NCBI RefSeq assembly: GCF_009914755.1
Contig: NC_060934.1
Strand: one strand, 5' to 3'
Source of the DNA: the human T2T-CHM13v2.0 reference genome, Homo sapiens
Length of the DNA: 64,000 nucleotides
The position numbers and the translations under genes are program-made. This document shows, one piece after another, positions 26,256-40,600 of the stretch. The notes beneath the pieces are model-generated. The model searched no databases, was not told the origin of the DNA, and was given only the letters and a program-made list of their open reading frames with translations. How positions within the stretch are numbered: the stretch's first letter is position 1; each line of letters opens with the position of its first letter.

Positions 26256-28218
26256 CTAGAAAGACAACACAGAGTGTGAGGCTCAGGCTTCTGGGGAAGG
26301 GCTCCGGTGGGGTGAGAGCATTGTAGGTAGGTAAGATTGGCTTTCCACCCCACTTCTCCCTTCCCAAACTAGATGCATTCCCCCAAGTATTGTTCTCCTA
26401 AAACCACTTGGCTTCAACCAGGTACCAGGTGCAGCCAACTTTCTATGCAATGAAAAGAAGCCAGGATCAAGATGAATGCAGAACTACCATCAAAAATCCC
26501 CTTGTCTGCTTATTCTTGCAAGCAGACATAAGATGGCCTGATAAAGAATTCTATGATTTCAGTCCTAATGAAAACGGTATGTTGGCCCAGGACCCAGGTA
26601 CTACGTTTTAAGTCTCCCTGATGTGCTGACTGGCATGGACGAGCGGAAGAAGAGGGTTGATGATGCCACAACACACTAGCAGATGGGTCACACTACATTG
26701 TGAAGGTGAATGGCAGAAGACGCTCACTCTTTGGTCCTTGCTACTTTGGCAGCAACAGCTCGAAATCGACGCTAAGAGTTCCTGGTACAAGCAGACTCTG
26801 CTAGTCCCATCTCCTCTAGGAGCTCATTAATTTACTCCAAATAGCCAGACTTTCTTTTTCATTTACTGGTTTCCGAATCAGGAGAAAACACATAAAGGTA
26901 GAGAGAAAGAACAATGTGTAAACACTCTGCACATATCCTTTGCCAACCCTAGTCACAGCCTCTTTCCAGATGAGTCTATGCAGGGTAGTTGAAAATAGAG
27001 CCTCAAGGACTTCCCATGTTGAGAGATTAGCATAGAGTAGGCACCCAATAAATTACAAGGTTTCTACTGGGCAAAACATTTTTTTAAGCAGTTTGCACAA
27101 GCCTTCTCTAAATCTGGTTGTTTTCTGCTGGGATTTTATACACTAGCAAGTTCCCTGGTCTTCCTACCTATAATACAGAGTCAGTGCCTCAGTGCCCCAT
27201 GCTCCCTGCTACTTCCTACAACGCACGTAGCTTGACACCCTGTCAATGTTCACCTTCACCTTTCTAGGGTATGCTTTACTCCACAGACAGCCTGACCTCT
27301 CTAAACTCCTTGCACTCTGCCTCCAAATCCTAGTGATCCTTCAAGAACTGCTCTAAAACCCAAACACCCTATGAGGCTACCATCGCTCCACTTCCCCAGC
27401 ACTCTAGCTCATAATGAGCATTTCCTTTTCTGAATGACTGTTATGCTCTACCAGCACACCATTTAGCATTTAATTGGCTAGTATTTGATTATGTGACTTA
27501 TCTTGCAATTTATATATTAATGTTCTGAGATAGGAACAGTTTTTTATTCTTCCAGACAAAACCTTTTGTGCTGGGCATCTAGAGAGATATATGAAACAGT
27601 CAAAATTTAAACAGGAAGCCAGTGTGGCGGACAAAGCTCCTCTCAGAGGGAGCAGTGACATGGGCCTCCAGACAGCTGCGTGTCATGCAATGCCTGTGGG
27701 TCCTTTCTGAAGACAGTTGCACATCACGCAACGTTTGTGCTTCCTTTCTTTTCCCTATCCACCTACTCACACTCCCATCCAGCAAATAGTTATCATGGGT
27801 GTATACAAATAAATTTACTGTATGCTACACTGTGCTGGGTGCTGGGGAGATACTAATCTCCAACAGACAGTCCTAATCAGAGAAGCAGGACGTCAACAGT
27901 TAATATGTATAAAATTAGGTGCTAAGATATGTCACAAACAGTCTGTAGTCAAAGGCCAGAGGACTGACACCGACAAGCAAGCAGTCTTACTTTGAAGGGA
28001 AAAGAAGGATTATGAATGGTCAGAAAGAGCTTCTTCCTGAGAAGAGGGACTTGAAAATCAGCACCAGAAACAACAATCTCTACAATGCAAATGTAAGCAC
28101 CAGCCCCAGCTTTTTAAGGAAATGAACGCAGGCAAGCCATGACCTCATGATCTGAGACACCAGCTTTCTGGGGGTCACTGGTTTCAGGAAGGGTGAAGCA
28201 TCCCTTCCTCCCACGTAC

Positions 28219-28399
28219 TTTTCTCAGTGGCTTCAGCTTGGTCTCCATGATGAACTCATACTTGCAGAGCTCGCAGCAGCGCGTGTCGGAGCTCTTGATC
28301 CACTGCTGCAGGCAGGCCTGGTGCACGAAGTGGAGGCTTCCTGTGCAGTGGCAGGGGGTGATCAGGGGGCTCTCATCATCTCCTTCACAGTGGCAGATC
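28219..28399 (-). CDS. MARCHF8: MARCHF8 RING-CH exon (181 nt)
   Basis: Minus ccatAG|GATCTG...AGAAAA|GTacgt; [61 protein letters not shown]4HC3 RING-CH with conserved Trp. Confidence 0.98.
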
Positions 28400-29556
28400 C
28401 TATGGTGGAAGGAAAACCTGTCATTCCAAGGACAGTCCCATGACAGGGAAGCTGACACTTCAGTGGCAGGTTAATCCCCCCAAAGGAAACTCAGAAACGA
28501 ACATTACAGAAGTGACTATGGGCACAAAAACATACAAACACAAACGAAAACAATCACTACAAACTAAAAATGTCTAGCTTACCGCACCAACATGGAAAGT
28601 CTGGAGGGCATTTGGCAACAGAAAGGAAAAAACGATGTAAGAAATGACAAAGCTGTCATTTTTTGGTAAGAAATAAGAACTTCACTGAAAGATGAATTTA
28701 AAGCAACATGGAATCATTTTCCAGAACATAAGATGGTAAAATAATTAGAGGGAAAATTTCTATGTAAAACAAAACCTGCATTCCAACAATCCAAAAATAC
28801 CAGTGACCTTAAATGACGTTTGCTTTTTAGCTATAATCACTGACTTTACCTTCATACCCCACAACTACACATTTCTGTCGTCTCTCAGCAAGTAAACAAA
28901 GATGACAGTACCTCTCTCCTAGACCTAAAAAACTCACCATTACAAGATGCTGCAATTTCATCTCTTTTTCTTGGGACCACTAATAGCAATAAGTGAGAAA
29001 TTAATTTGAAAGCACTCTCTATTTCCAAGGAAGTATGCAACAAGGTGTAGCTACTAGCCTGAAGGAACTTAACAGGCTTTTAAGAAACAGAGGGGTCTTT
29101 TCCAGCAGCTAGAGAACAGGTTGGGGCACTCGTCCTGGAAGGAGCCAGGCTCTCAGGCTGTTTTAGTGAGGGGATCTCTGATCCAAATGTTAGAAATGAT
29201 GACAGCTGGCACTAAGGAGCGGAGACTGGAGAAAGGTCAGAATGAGGAGGGCACAAGAGTCATGACAAAAAGTGAATTATGGAGGCCAGACAAGGATGCT
29301 GCACAAGGGAAGATAAAGGGGGGAAACAGAGTTAGGATGGGACATAGGTGGCTACACCTCAGTTAAAAAGAAGGAAGGAAGGAGCTACTGGAGAACAGCC
29401 AGTCCCCACACACCTTTTGGGGGTAGGTAGGGAGCAAGGGTTAAAAAAGAGGCTGGGAGATGCAACAATGCTTAAAATCTGGACCATCAGGCTGGAAAAC
29501 TGAAGATACTAGTTTCTTTCTTCCAGTTTCTTTATGCAAAGTCTACTTATTTTTAG

Positions 29557-29964
<408 letters not shown>

Positions 29965-30140
29965 TAAAAATTAAGTTTTTCAAACGATATTGATACTCCA
30001 TTCTTCTGGAGAAAACCATCAACCCACAACTGGTTACAACTTCCTATTACTTCATTTTCCTGAAACTTCACATACTAAAGCAAGAGGAGGTTCCTGATGC
30101 GAGCAGAGATGGCTAGAATGGCACTTCCTGGCAAACCAAC

Positions 30141-30986
30141 CTGCAGACATCCCCTGACGTGGACACGGGAGATATGGGGGGTAATTTTTCAGAGAAGGGA
30201 GAAGGACAATCCAGGTCGCTGTCCTTTTCCGTGGAGCAGAGGGGCGCCCGCAGAACCCTACTCTTCAGTTTTGCAGATGTGCTGTCCTCAAAGACATCGT
30301 CGTCTCCCATCTCGTCAGAGCAGAAGCCCATACTCCCTGCCAGCCCGCTGGAGGACTTGGCAGTGTGCAGGCGAGCAGCGCAGCTCTCCAGCTCATGCAA
30401 CCTGTGCAGGCTGCTGGCGCTCCAGCCGTGCGAGAGTGAGAACAGGTACTGGAGCAGTTGCCGGCTTCGGGACGTGGCCTCACCATCCGCCTTCTCTTCC
30501 AGCAGCAGGCCGGGCCTGCCCCCCTTGCCAGCTTCCACCTCTGAGGCAGTTGAGCGACCGGCAGAAAGGCATGAAACACAAGAATGTTTGGAATTGCCAA
30601 GAGGTTTGTGGTTCAGGGTTCTTTTTTCTTTATGATGAAACCTGTTAGTTCTGAGACACGTATCTTGAGGGAGTATTAATTTCCCTTCAGAACAAGTTCT
30701 TTCCACATAGGCAAAACTTTCTGAAGTATCCTGCGCCTTCTCACCCACATCATTGAGGGACCTTGAGAACTTTAGTGTTCTTCTGGCTTTGGTATTCTTA
30801 GCAGGCTTCAAGGCCTGGGCCCATTCTGAACCAAAGGAATTTCTCTTTGACGCCTGTAATGTGTCCTTACAGATAACTGTCACAGTGAGCCCTTGTGTCA
30901 GAGAACTCTGGCAGTGAGGAGCTTTCGAGACAACAGCAGACTGCACGGAACTGTGGTGACAACACTCAGAAAACACTGCACTGGAA
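30141..30986 (-). CDS. MARCHF8: MARCHF8 846-nt in-frame cassette exon (long, 573-aa isoform)
   Basis: Minus atgcAG|TTCCAG...TGCAG|GTtggt; phase 2-2, stop-free 282 codons (ORF 30113..31114); 291+282=573 aa. Confidence 0.9.
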
Positions 30987-31228
30987 CTGCATGCAGAACA
31001 GTGGGATAAAAGCACAGAAAGTAAAAACAATTTTAAAAGAGAATAGACATCATAGTGAAGAAATGAGACTAGCATGGGTAACTTGGTGAGCAAACCACAC
31101 ATAAAACTCGCCAACTGTTTAGACCAAAGGCAGATTGATTAAGCAAATGGAAATTCAAGAACCTACAGACACTAATGCTTATTTCTGGCTGCACACTGAT
31201 CATGGCAGCATCTGAAGCAGAGTGTTAC

Positions 31229-31317
31229 CTGCAGATGTCCTGGCTGGATGGCGTGATAGAAGTGCGAGAGAAGGAGGACACCGGAGCCGGAGCTGATGCT
31301 GACGGAGGACTCCCAGC
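31229..31317 (-). CDS. MARCHF8: MARCHF8 89-nt coding exon (residues 52-81), supplies first RING-CH Cys in the short isoform
   Basis: Minus ttgcAG|GCTGGG...TGCAG|GTaaca; AGSPPSASAPAPVSSFSRTSITPSSQDIC(R). Confidence 0.96.
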
Positions 31318-34300
31318 CTGCAATGACAGACCTGTGGTCAGTGTTCAGGTAAGAGCCAAGGGGATTGTGTGCACTGTCTCCTGAATGGTGACAGGGAGAA
31401 ACCCTAGAAATGTCTGCTGCTTCCCGCTGCTCAACGAGTAACACATATTAGATCCTTCTAAGCCTTGGCAAAACAAATCAAATATCACTATTTTTTTCTT
31501 ATCTGTGGATAAAAGTGTAAGAAATGTCTAAGGCTATGGAACACCACTACTAATCTCTTGCAGGTCCAGTGGCCGTTTATTTTCTAAGCATCTAAATTGA
31601 GTTAGTTCATATATAAGTCAAAAAACGAAGTACTAGAAGGTATCATACAAATGCCAAAGAAATATGAGGCTCCAGGCCTGCTGGCACTGGCTTCCCTAGC
31701 ACTCTCTCCTAGTTCCCAAGATCAACAAGGCTGGTAGATTTAAGAGCTCTCTCCCACCTCACAACCTCATACATAGTGCCAGATGCTCCCTGAGTTCCAC
31801 AAAACCTCACTGCCCTGCCACAGCTCTTCACACAAAAGGGAGTCCAGACCACGTCACCATGGGGGACACCAATCCATAGCTCAACCAGGGGCTGAGGTAG
31901 AGCACAGAATGCTCCCAACAGATCTAATCTTGAAACTGTAAATTAAGAAAAATAATCAAGAAAATTTAGATTTGAAAGAAAGTACAGCAAGAGGTCATGG
32001 GATAGAACAGAGTCTCTGGGGTGGTGAATAGTCAAACTTAGAGAAAAAAATCTAGGAAGGAGAGGAAGCACTGCAGTGAGGAGAGAAATGGACAGAGAGA
32101 AATAGGGACAGTGAGTGGCACTGAGCTGAGGATGCACCACCACCGCTAGAGGGCCCCAGACTCCCACGCCAGCCTCGGATTCCCCAGGCTCCACAGCCCC
32201 ACAGACCTATGCGTATTCATAAAAAAGCATTCTTCCCTCCTTAAGACAGTAAGCCTGAGTAAGAATCTGCTCCATGCAACCCCAACAGCCCCAGGAAAAC
32301 AGTGCCACGAGTCTGTTATCACCAGAAAGGCCATATCACCACCCACCTTCTGCAGGCCCACCTGCATGGCCCTTGGCCCTAACTCCTTGATACAAAGGAG
32401 CTCCACCCTGGCCCACCATTCCCTGGCTGAGGCCTAGTCCCCACTCTTTCTAAGTACCATCCCCAAGGGTGCACTCTCATCCTGGAACTCCACCTTTGGG
32501 ACCCCCGACCCTTGGTCAACCACCAGAACAGATAAGGCCATTGCCTGGAAACTCCTCCTCCCCCTACCCCTCACAGCAAATGAAGCAGCCTGGAGAGAGC
32601 CAGGATGGCACTCGGATTAAGGCACCCATCGCATGGCTGCTCCCACTCCCAGTGCAGAGATTCAACAGCACTTTAATGCAAGTCCACCTGAAGAAACAAG
32701 ATCCAAGAAGCTCTCATCAGCATGCTTCATGTGTACACTGAGATCACGCTGTGCCACTCCATGAGCACATCTTCGAATTCACCAAAGAATCTACATTTAT
32801 TTTCTAACTGAATGTGCATATGGGCATGAGGTACACGGTCTTTAAAAGCATTAGAGGTCAAAGTTCTTAGGAATCTTAAGTTTACTTGGACACATGAAAA
32901 TAGCATCCTTGAAATAACCCTCCCATCACTACCTTTGTCAATATTCTTCCTGAAACAAAATGAGAGACATCTAGGGATGCCTGTGGACACTATGCTGTGA
33001 CATCCCTTGCATCTTCTAGGCCTGACTGCATAAGCCATTGTCCTTTTTCTCCAACTGCCTTAGACACTGTCCCCTCTCCAGCATCCTCCTCTCGGGGCAC
33101 CCATCACTGGCTCCACCTGCCCCAGAGACAAGCACTCAAGGCCTTTTAGTACAATGGGCTTTACTGTTTATACCACAGGGGAGCAGATTGAGAGGGTATC
33201 CATGCTAAGGTCCCCAAACTCCTACAGTCCCCCTGTTCTCTGACATTTAGTCCTAACACTATTCTGGGACTGAAAGCCTTCCTGTACTTATTGCTCTCTT
33301 CTTTTATTTCTGAGGATGACCAGCTCTGTTCAACACACATAGGCAAGGCTAAAATGTGTCATGAAGACCAAAGCCTGATCACGGTGTATTGCAGAGAAGT
33401 AAGCGTCTTCATCACCTGTCCCCAGGTAGACTTTGAGGAAGAAATACCCAGCAATATCCACATGCTTGCCCCTCATTGCTATGAGGTCACTTCTTCCTCT
33501 GTGTTGCTGGGTCAAGCATACTCCCTGGAACTGATGAGGCATTGAAGGAAGCCCCCTTCCTTCAAGGGATGGCAGCAGAGGAAAGTACCTAGTCACCCTC
33601 CTCCCTTTTATCTTAGTAAGAGCATGGTCCTCTTGGAACCACGTGTACTTTCCTGTATTCTGAAGGGAAGGCAAACCCTGTTGGGAGGAGGTAAGGTCTT
33701 ATCTGGAAAATCGTGCCCAATCAAGGTCAGTGTCCTGGGTCCGGGAGGCAGGTTTCTGATGGGAAATTAAAGTTCTGAACTCCAGTACTAAACTACAAGT
33801 AATCCAAGTCAAAAAGTGTACTCTGGGGTAACGATTCCATCCTTGCATGCCCATGATGAGGAGCAAGGCCTGAAGGTAGGAGGGCAGAGCCTCGTAACAG
33901 AACAAAGCCTGGATCAAGGAAGCAGCCACACCAGGCACACACACACGTCAGGACATGTGTTCACTTCCCTGTGTGGTTCCCCATGTGTGTGCACTTGTAG
34001 CAGATGTCAAGGCCAGCATGACAGTGACAGCGGACCCAAGGAGGAAGGGAGTTCTGGCAGGGCTGGGGAGATTCTGCCCTGCTCAGTTTTACTTAGGAAA
34101 TAGGAAACAGCGTTGGCATCCTCTGCCTACATTTCTGCTCTCATTTCACCATTTCCAATCTTATGAAAACATTACAGGATACTCTCAGCAGGTATGTCCG
34201 ATCCTCATCAAGCCTCCCAATGACAGAGAAAGAGTCTCTCTTCTTATTAGATCACAGAATTTAAAGAAAAATTTTAAAATCTACTTATTGTTATTTTACA

Positions 34301-34660
34301 TAAATATAAACTTCAACAAATGCTAACTCTTCCAATAAAAGCAAGAAAACCAGTGAGATCTGTGGGGTCTTCACAGCTCCCAGAAGAGGCTCCTTCTGTC
34401 ACGATCTAAAGGACAGCAAACATTTCAAAGGTCAGAACCAATCCATAGGCAGAATGGTCAAGAAAATAATTTTAAAGAGCTTTATTTGTTGCTGCTATAG
34501 ACCTGAGAGAAATCTATCAACCAACAAAGACCTAAAAGACTGGCCTGATCAACAACAAAATGAAGCTGACAGCTTCAAATAATGGTTCCATGGTCAGATT
34601 CTGGAAGCCAGTGTAATCAAAGGCCAGCAATCCCCTCTTAGGAGCTCTGCAGGACAGAAC

Positions 34661-34700
34661 CTTACTAGATGGGACAGGACCTCACTAGATGGGACAGGAC
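34661..34700 (+). repeat. 20-bp tandem duplication
   Basis: ct(t/c)actagatgggacaggac x2. Confidence 0.9.
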
Positions 34701-35689
34701 CAGCCGTCCTGCTCTTTCTGAAAGCAGCAGGCAGTGTGGCACGTGTGAGCCGGGGGCAGTACTAGCTCCAGAGAACACCTACACTCTCCTCTCCATAGGA
34801 TCAGACCACACACGACTCGACAATTACTAATAAAAGTGCAAATGTTCATCATGCAAAAATCCAAATGTGTCAAGAAAACTTAGGCCCTCTGTTCCTGAAG
34901 TTCTTTGCGGGTTGCCAAATGACAGACTTTCCAGTCATGAAAAGGAATATAAAGCAATCTCACTACAAAAAAAAAAATTCTTGTAAAAATCCTCCCTTCT
35001 TCAGATGTTGTAATTAATTATGCCAAAACAAACCTCTGGATTTCTATCCAAGCCTAAATCCCAGTTTATTTTATTTCTTAGAAATGATAAATACTTTTTG
35101 ACAATTTGTTTTGCTACATCCAAGTCTTTTAGTGGCTGGCTTTGTTATCAAATTCACCATTTTAAATGATTTTAACAAGGTTGCCAAAGAACATACGGGG
35201 AAAAAAAACTTTTCCATATATCCTTGGCAGAAACTGGCATTCCCCTTTTCTCAGTTCCCTTCTGAGAGTGCCTGCTGTCGCTGGAGCAGCTATAGCAGTG
35301 TGTTTACCCAGTTGATAGTGCACACATCCTTCTCACTGCAGGACACCAGCGCACCTTCCTTGGCCTCTGGCGCCTTCTGCCAGGTTACTGCCCAGCCTCC
35401 TCTATTACCCACGCCCCTCATTTTCTGTGCAACCCCCAACTGGGCCTCCTTTTCACTCATCAGCTAAGCTACTTTTAAACATTTGGGTCTCAGGCCCCTA
35501 ACAAAAGCAAATTTGCCCATCTGATTTATTTCAAAAGGGAGAGGGCCACAGGAATGATCTGTTTGAGTGAGCTTGTTTTTAGGCAAGGAGGAACGTGAAG
35601 ACAGGCTGGATAAGGATGGTTAAGAGGCCAGAAGAGCTCATGTTTACAACTCATCACAAATTACAGTACTGCAAATCAATGACTTAACA

Positions 35690-36300
35690 GAAACAATGGG
35701 AAAAGATGCACAGATGGCTCTCAAAACATGAAAAGATGCTTCATTTCTCTCACAATGAGAAATACAAATTAAAACTACAATGAGATACCATTATCAGCCA
35801 AGAAAATTAATCAAATAATATGTGTTGGCGGAAGTGTTGGGAAGCAGGTATGCTTATACATTGCTGGTGGGAGAGCAAATGGTAAACCTCCACAGGATGA
35901 CAACTGCCCTCAGGATGACAAAGGCACATATACTTTGTCTCAGCAATTCTTTTAGGAATTCATCCTCACACACCTGCGGGAAGAGGTTTGTACACTGCAC
36001 TAGTTTGTGACAGCAAACGGCTGGAATCACCCTAAATGCCCATCACTTTGGAGCTGAGGCAACACTGTTCCATCTACAGAAAGAAATATCAGCAATCATT
36101 AAAAAAATGGGAAAAGTTCTCATTATGTCCAGTAATGAACACACAAAGTGAAACAAGCAGAGAGAGGCACCACTGCCATCTGTGCTGGTGCTGCACAGAC
36201 TACTCAGGAGGGAGACCAGGGAACCTGGATGGAGGGACATGGACTTGTCACAGAGACCCACAAAACCATAATGCCACTTTACACTGAGCAACATTTCCCA
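35690..36300 (+). mobile_element. Old L1 (L1ME-like) fragment
   Basis: catgaaaagatgcttc...aaattaaaactacaatgagatacca. Confidence 0.65.
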
Positions 36301-36545
36301 AACAGAAATTCATTCTTAAAATAACAGGTGATTGATGATTTTAAAAAGTAAAACAAAACTGCAGAAGCACAACCAACTGCAACAACTTTCCGACTTTGGG
36401 ATGACAGGTAAAGAAATCAATGTAGTGGGTGATGACCTATGTTTTTAAAAGTACAATAAAATAGAATATGTCAGAATGTATCTGACATAAAAAGGATAAA
36501 GTCTTTTGAGGTAATTTTGTCTCTCAGATGTGTATGCAAAAGTGA

Positions 36546-36898
<353 letters not shown>

Positions 36899-37109
36899 TC
36901 ATGGTCAAAGTCACTTGAAAGTCACTGCCTGACTGTATTTCTACAAAGAAAATAAAAATTATCAAAAAAAAATAAAAGAAGAAGATGGCTAAATCAAGAG
37001 TTCATGTTGGCTGTTGGCCCAGAGGCTCTAGAAGCAAATGGCTCTTACAGATCTCTAGAAAGAAGGTTTTCCTCTACATGGAAAGCATTTGCCACCCATA
37101 TAAGAGGTG

Positions 37110-37620
37110 TGTTGCTATGTAAACAAAACTTAGTGGCTTAAAACTACACAAATGTATCACTTCACAGTTCCCACAGACTAGGAGTCTACATGCGCATGCT
37201 GAGACTCTCTGCTCTGGTCAGTCTCCCTCCTTCCTGGAGGCCTGGGGAGGACTGCGTTTACACATTCTCTCAGGTTGTTGGCAGAACACAGCTCCCTAAA
37301 GCTTGAGGACTGAGGGCCCGTCTGCTGGCTGACTCCACCTGGGGCAGGCCACATGCATCTGCAGTCACATGACCCCTTCCCATCTTCAAAGCCCACTTGC
37401 GGTATCAATCTCTCTGACTTCCCTTTCTGCCACCAGTCAGAGAACGTTCTCTGCTTTTTAAGCACTTGTGGGATTCCATTGGGCCTGTATTTATAACCCC
37501 AAATAATCTCCCTTATTTTAAGGTCAACTGTGCCACACAACACAACATGATCATAGGAGTAATAATAGCAATGCATTCCCAGGTTCCAGGCAATTGTGGG
37601 GACATTTTTGGGGGCCGTTT
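37110..37620 (-). mobile_element. MLT1-family LTR
   Basis: aacttagtggcttaaaac...ataatctcccttattttaaggtca. Confidence 0.75.
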
Positions 37621-40600
37621 TAGAAATCTTGCTCACCAGATCACTTTTTTATTTGTGCTTCCTGCTCATGAGATTGCTAGCGGTTACTGCCCTCCCACTT
37701 CCAAACTAAGAGATAGGGATCTGCTCCTAACGGTCAACTCGGCAGGCCTGACTTCATACCACAGAGCCAGATAAACTCACTTGGTGTTTACATATTGCAA
37801 TGTGCAGACTGAGATTACATCTTGACAAACTTTCTGCTTAGCACAGAAGTTACTCTGTCAAACCAATGCTTCATTATGAGTAACTCTGCTTTCGATAAAT
37901 ACCCAGTTGTATTCAACTTCAAAAATGAGCCACAATTAAAAGAAAAGAGGCCATTCTGTGGCTTTTCTGTGGCTTGCTCTGATAAATACATGTTGACTCT
38001 TATGAAGGGCTGTGCCAAGAACAAGCTTTCACAAAGGCAATTAATTAAAACTGACCATTAAAAAAGTAAGTATATACAATATACTTACAGAGAAGCATGT
38101 ACAATTAAAAACTACTGAATGCTAAAATGATATCCATTATAAATGACTCTCATTAGCATTGCTTACGCCAAGTAGCACTAACATGGAATTCTTTTCTACA
38201 GTGGCCTTTTAAAGGGAGTCGGAATTACTTGAGTAGCAATAAATCCCCAGAACAATGAGGGGAATATATTACAGCACTGGTGGAGGGGACAGAAGGCCAC
38301 AGCTGAAGGGACTTTTTCAGGACTGTCTTCCTCCATGCTGCAGCTGAGGATCTTGCAAATATAATTTGTTTTCAATAAATTACATTGAAGACAATGATTT
38401 CTGAGCAAAGGTGGCTTCACAGTCCCAGAAACTAAAGATGTAACCATATAAAAATCCAAAATCACCAGAAATAACACGGTGAAAGGGGCTGTGTTTGTGA
38501 GTTACTTATCACTCACAAGGACCCTTTAATACTGTTGATTTCCTTTAAATATTGAACTTTTCAAATATAGTCGAAATACATTTTCATTGCCAAGAGGCAA
38601 TAAAATATTTCCTCTGAGAGAATTCTGGGGCAGTGGCCAAAGCACTGGCTTTTGACCCCAAAGTCTTCCCTCTGTGTTCTGGGGCCAGTCCACTGAGCAC
38701 ACTACCGAGCAGGAGTTTAATCATTTAAAAAATGAGGTCAACAATCTACAGGGCTGCTACTAGGATCAAATAAAGTCAAGGGAGATGCAGAAATGCAGCA
38801 CACACCACTCCAGGCACACCTCCAGTGTGGAACAAGACTTCCGTGTGACTACCACTCTTGATTCTTGATGACCTAGAGAGTAAACCTGCAGGTCTCATAT
38901 CTGCTACAAAATGCCTCATTCCAACCAAGGTAACCACCGTCCACCCACCTGGGAAGAAAACAGCTTCTGCTCAGGCTACTCATCTGGCCAGCCCTGGCCC
39001 AAGATGCACAGAACTCTAAGAGCGAACCCTGAGCCGCGGAGTATACTACTGACAGAAACATGGCAGGCAGGAAAAATGACCCTCACTTCCTCTAGGCCTA
39101 GGCCCTCCTTTCCCGGCAACTGGTGGCCTTTCCCACCCCTCCTCCTCCTCCCAGGAACACTCCCACATTCCAACCCAGCATGATGGCCCCTCCTCCTTTC
39201 TGAGGAGAAAGGGCTTTTCATCCCTGTTATCATATCCTTGTACCCTATTCATTTCTTTCACTGCACCTATCAAGGTTTATAAGAAGATGTTACTGGGATA
39301 TGTTAACTTAGAAGCTGTTGCTGATTGGTCTGGTACACACTAGGTGTTTAGGGAACATTTGCTCAATGAACTAAACAGCTACCCTCTGGGGAGACTGTGC
39401 CTCTACAACAGAGATTCTCAAACTTGTTGGCCACAGGACCTCCTTAAACTCTTAAAAATTACTGAGGCCCTCACAAAAAGCTTTTGTTTACACGGGTTCC
39501 ATCTCTCCATCTTTGCTATATTAGAACATCTTAAAACACAGGAACATATTCCACCAGCTAAGGAAGATGCTATCCTGCATGTTGCTTAGCTTCTGGAACT
39601 CCGCTGTATACTTGTGGAAGAATGAGAGTGAAAAATGGAAATAATCTTGGTATTATTGGGAAATTGTTTTAAACCTGCCCCCCTTCCACCTTCAGGAGAC
39701 TGAACCAAACTTCAGCCAAAAACTAAACTGTAACAGTCAGATGAAAAAATACTGCAAAGACAGTCGGTTAAACTTTGCAAAAGGGGAGCTGAACGGAAAC
39801 ACTGCCTCAGTGCTGTCAGGATTCGAGTGAGGCTCAGTGGTGCTGAGGCCACCTGATGCCATGAAACTCCTCCAATTCATCCTTTGTTTTTGTCACTTAG
39901 GAATAAATATCCTGTTTTGGGACAGCTGTTTTCTTCAGAATAAATTAAGAAAGCACATTTTGCCTTATTTGTAACCCATAAGTTTTGAGTAACCTGAGCG
40001 TGTCACTGGTCAACTCTGCATTCAGAAACAGAAAGAAGCAAACCCTGGTCTTGACAATCACATCCAGGTCTGCCCTCGCGTAATAAAAGTGGGTCAGCAA
40101 GAATTCCTTGTAAGGAATGTCCCTCTGAAACGTGACATTCTGCTGTATCTCATCCCTGTCTAATGGCAACAATAACCGGAAAATATTCAGGAGGCCTAGG
40201 AGGGTTAGTGCTCAAATTCATTGAGATGTGCTTGCCAAGCAATAGAGCAATCATTGTAATTGCTCATTAAACATGTCCAGTCTGATTCTACCCAGGAATA
40301 TTTGATTAACAAGAGGTACATATCACAGTCTGCAAGGCCCCAGCCTTGGGCAACTGCCAGAGCCTACAGAGCCAGGCTGGCTAGGGGGCTGGCAGAGAGA
40401 TACTCGTGCTACGGGCTTCCACTGCCTTCTCCCTGGGGTAAGTGCTGCCAATCATGAACTTGCTCAAGAAATTGTGTCACCTGGACCAAGTTTGATTCCC
40501 AGGGTTGAATGAGAAGGCTTCCCTGGGGATAAAATAACATTGTGTCTATGTACTGCCCTTTTTGCACCACAATCTTCCTCTGAGAGGCATCAAGAGAGGC

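Noticed and set aside
30987-31114. Open frame extending upstream of the cassette exon as an alternative N-terminus
   Set aside because: Intronic extension with no promoter evidence; the AG at 30987-30988 gives the exact 846-nt in-phase exon
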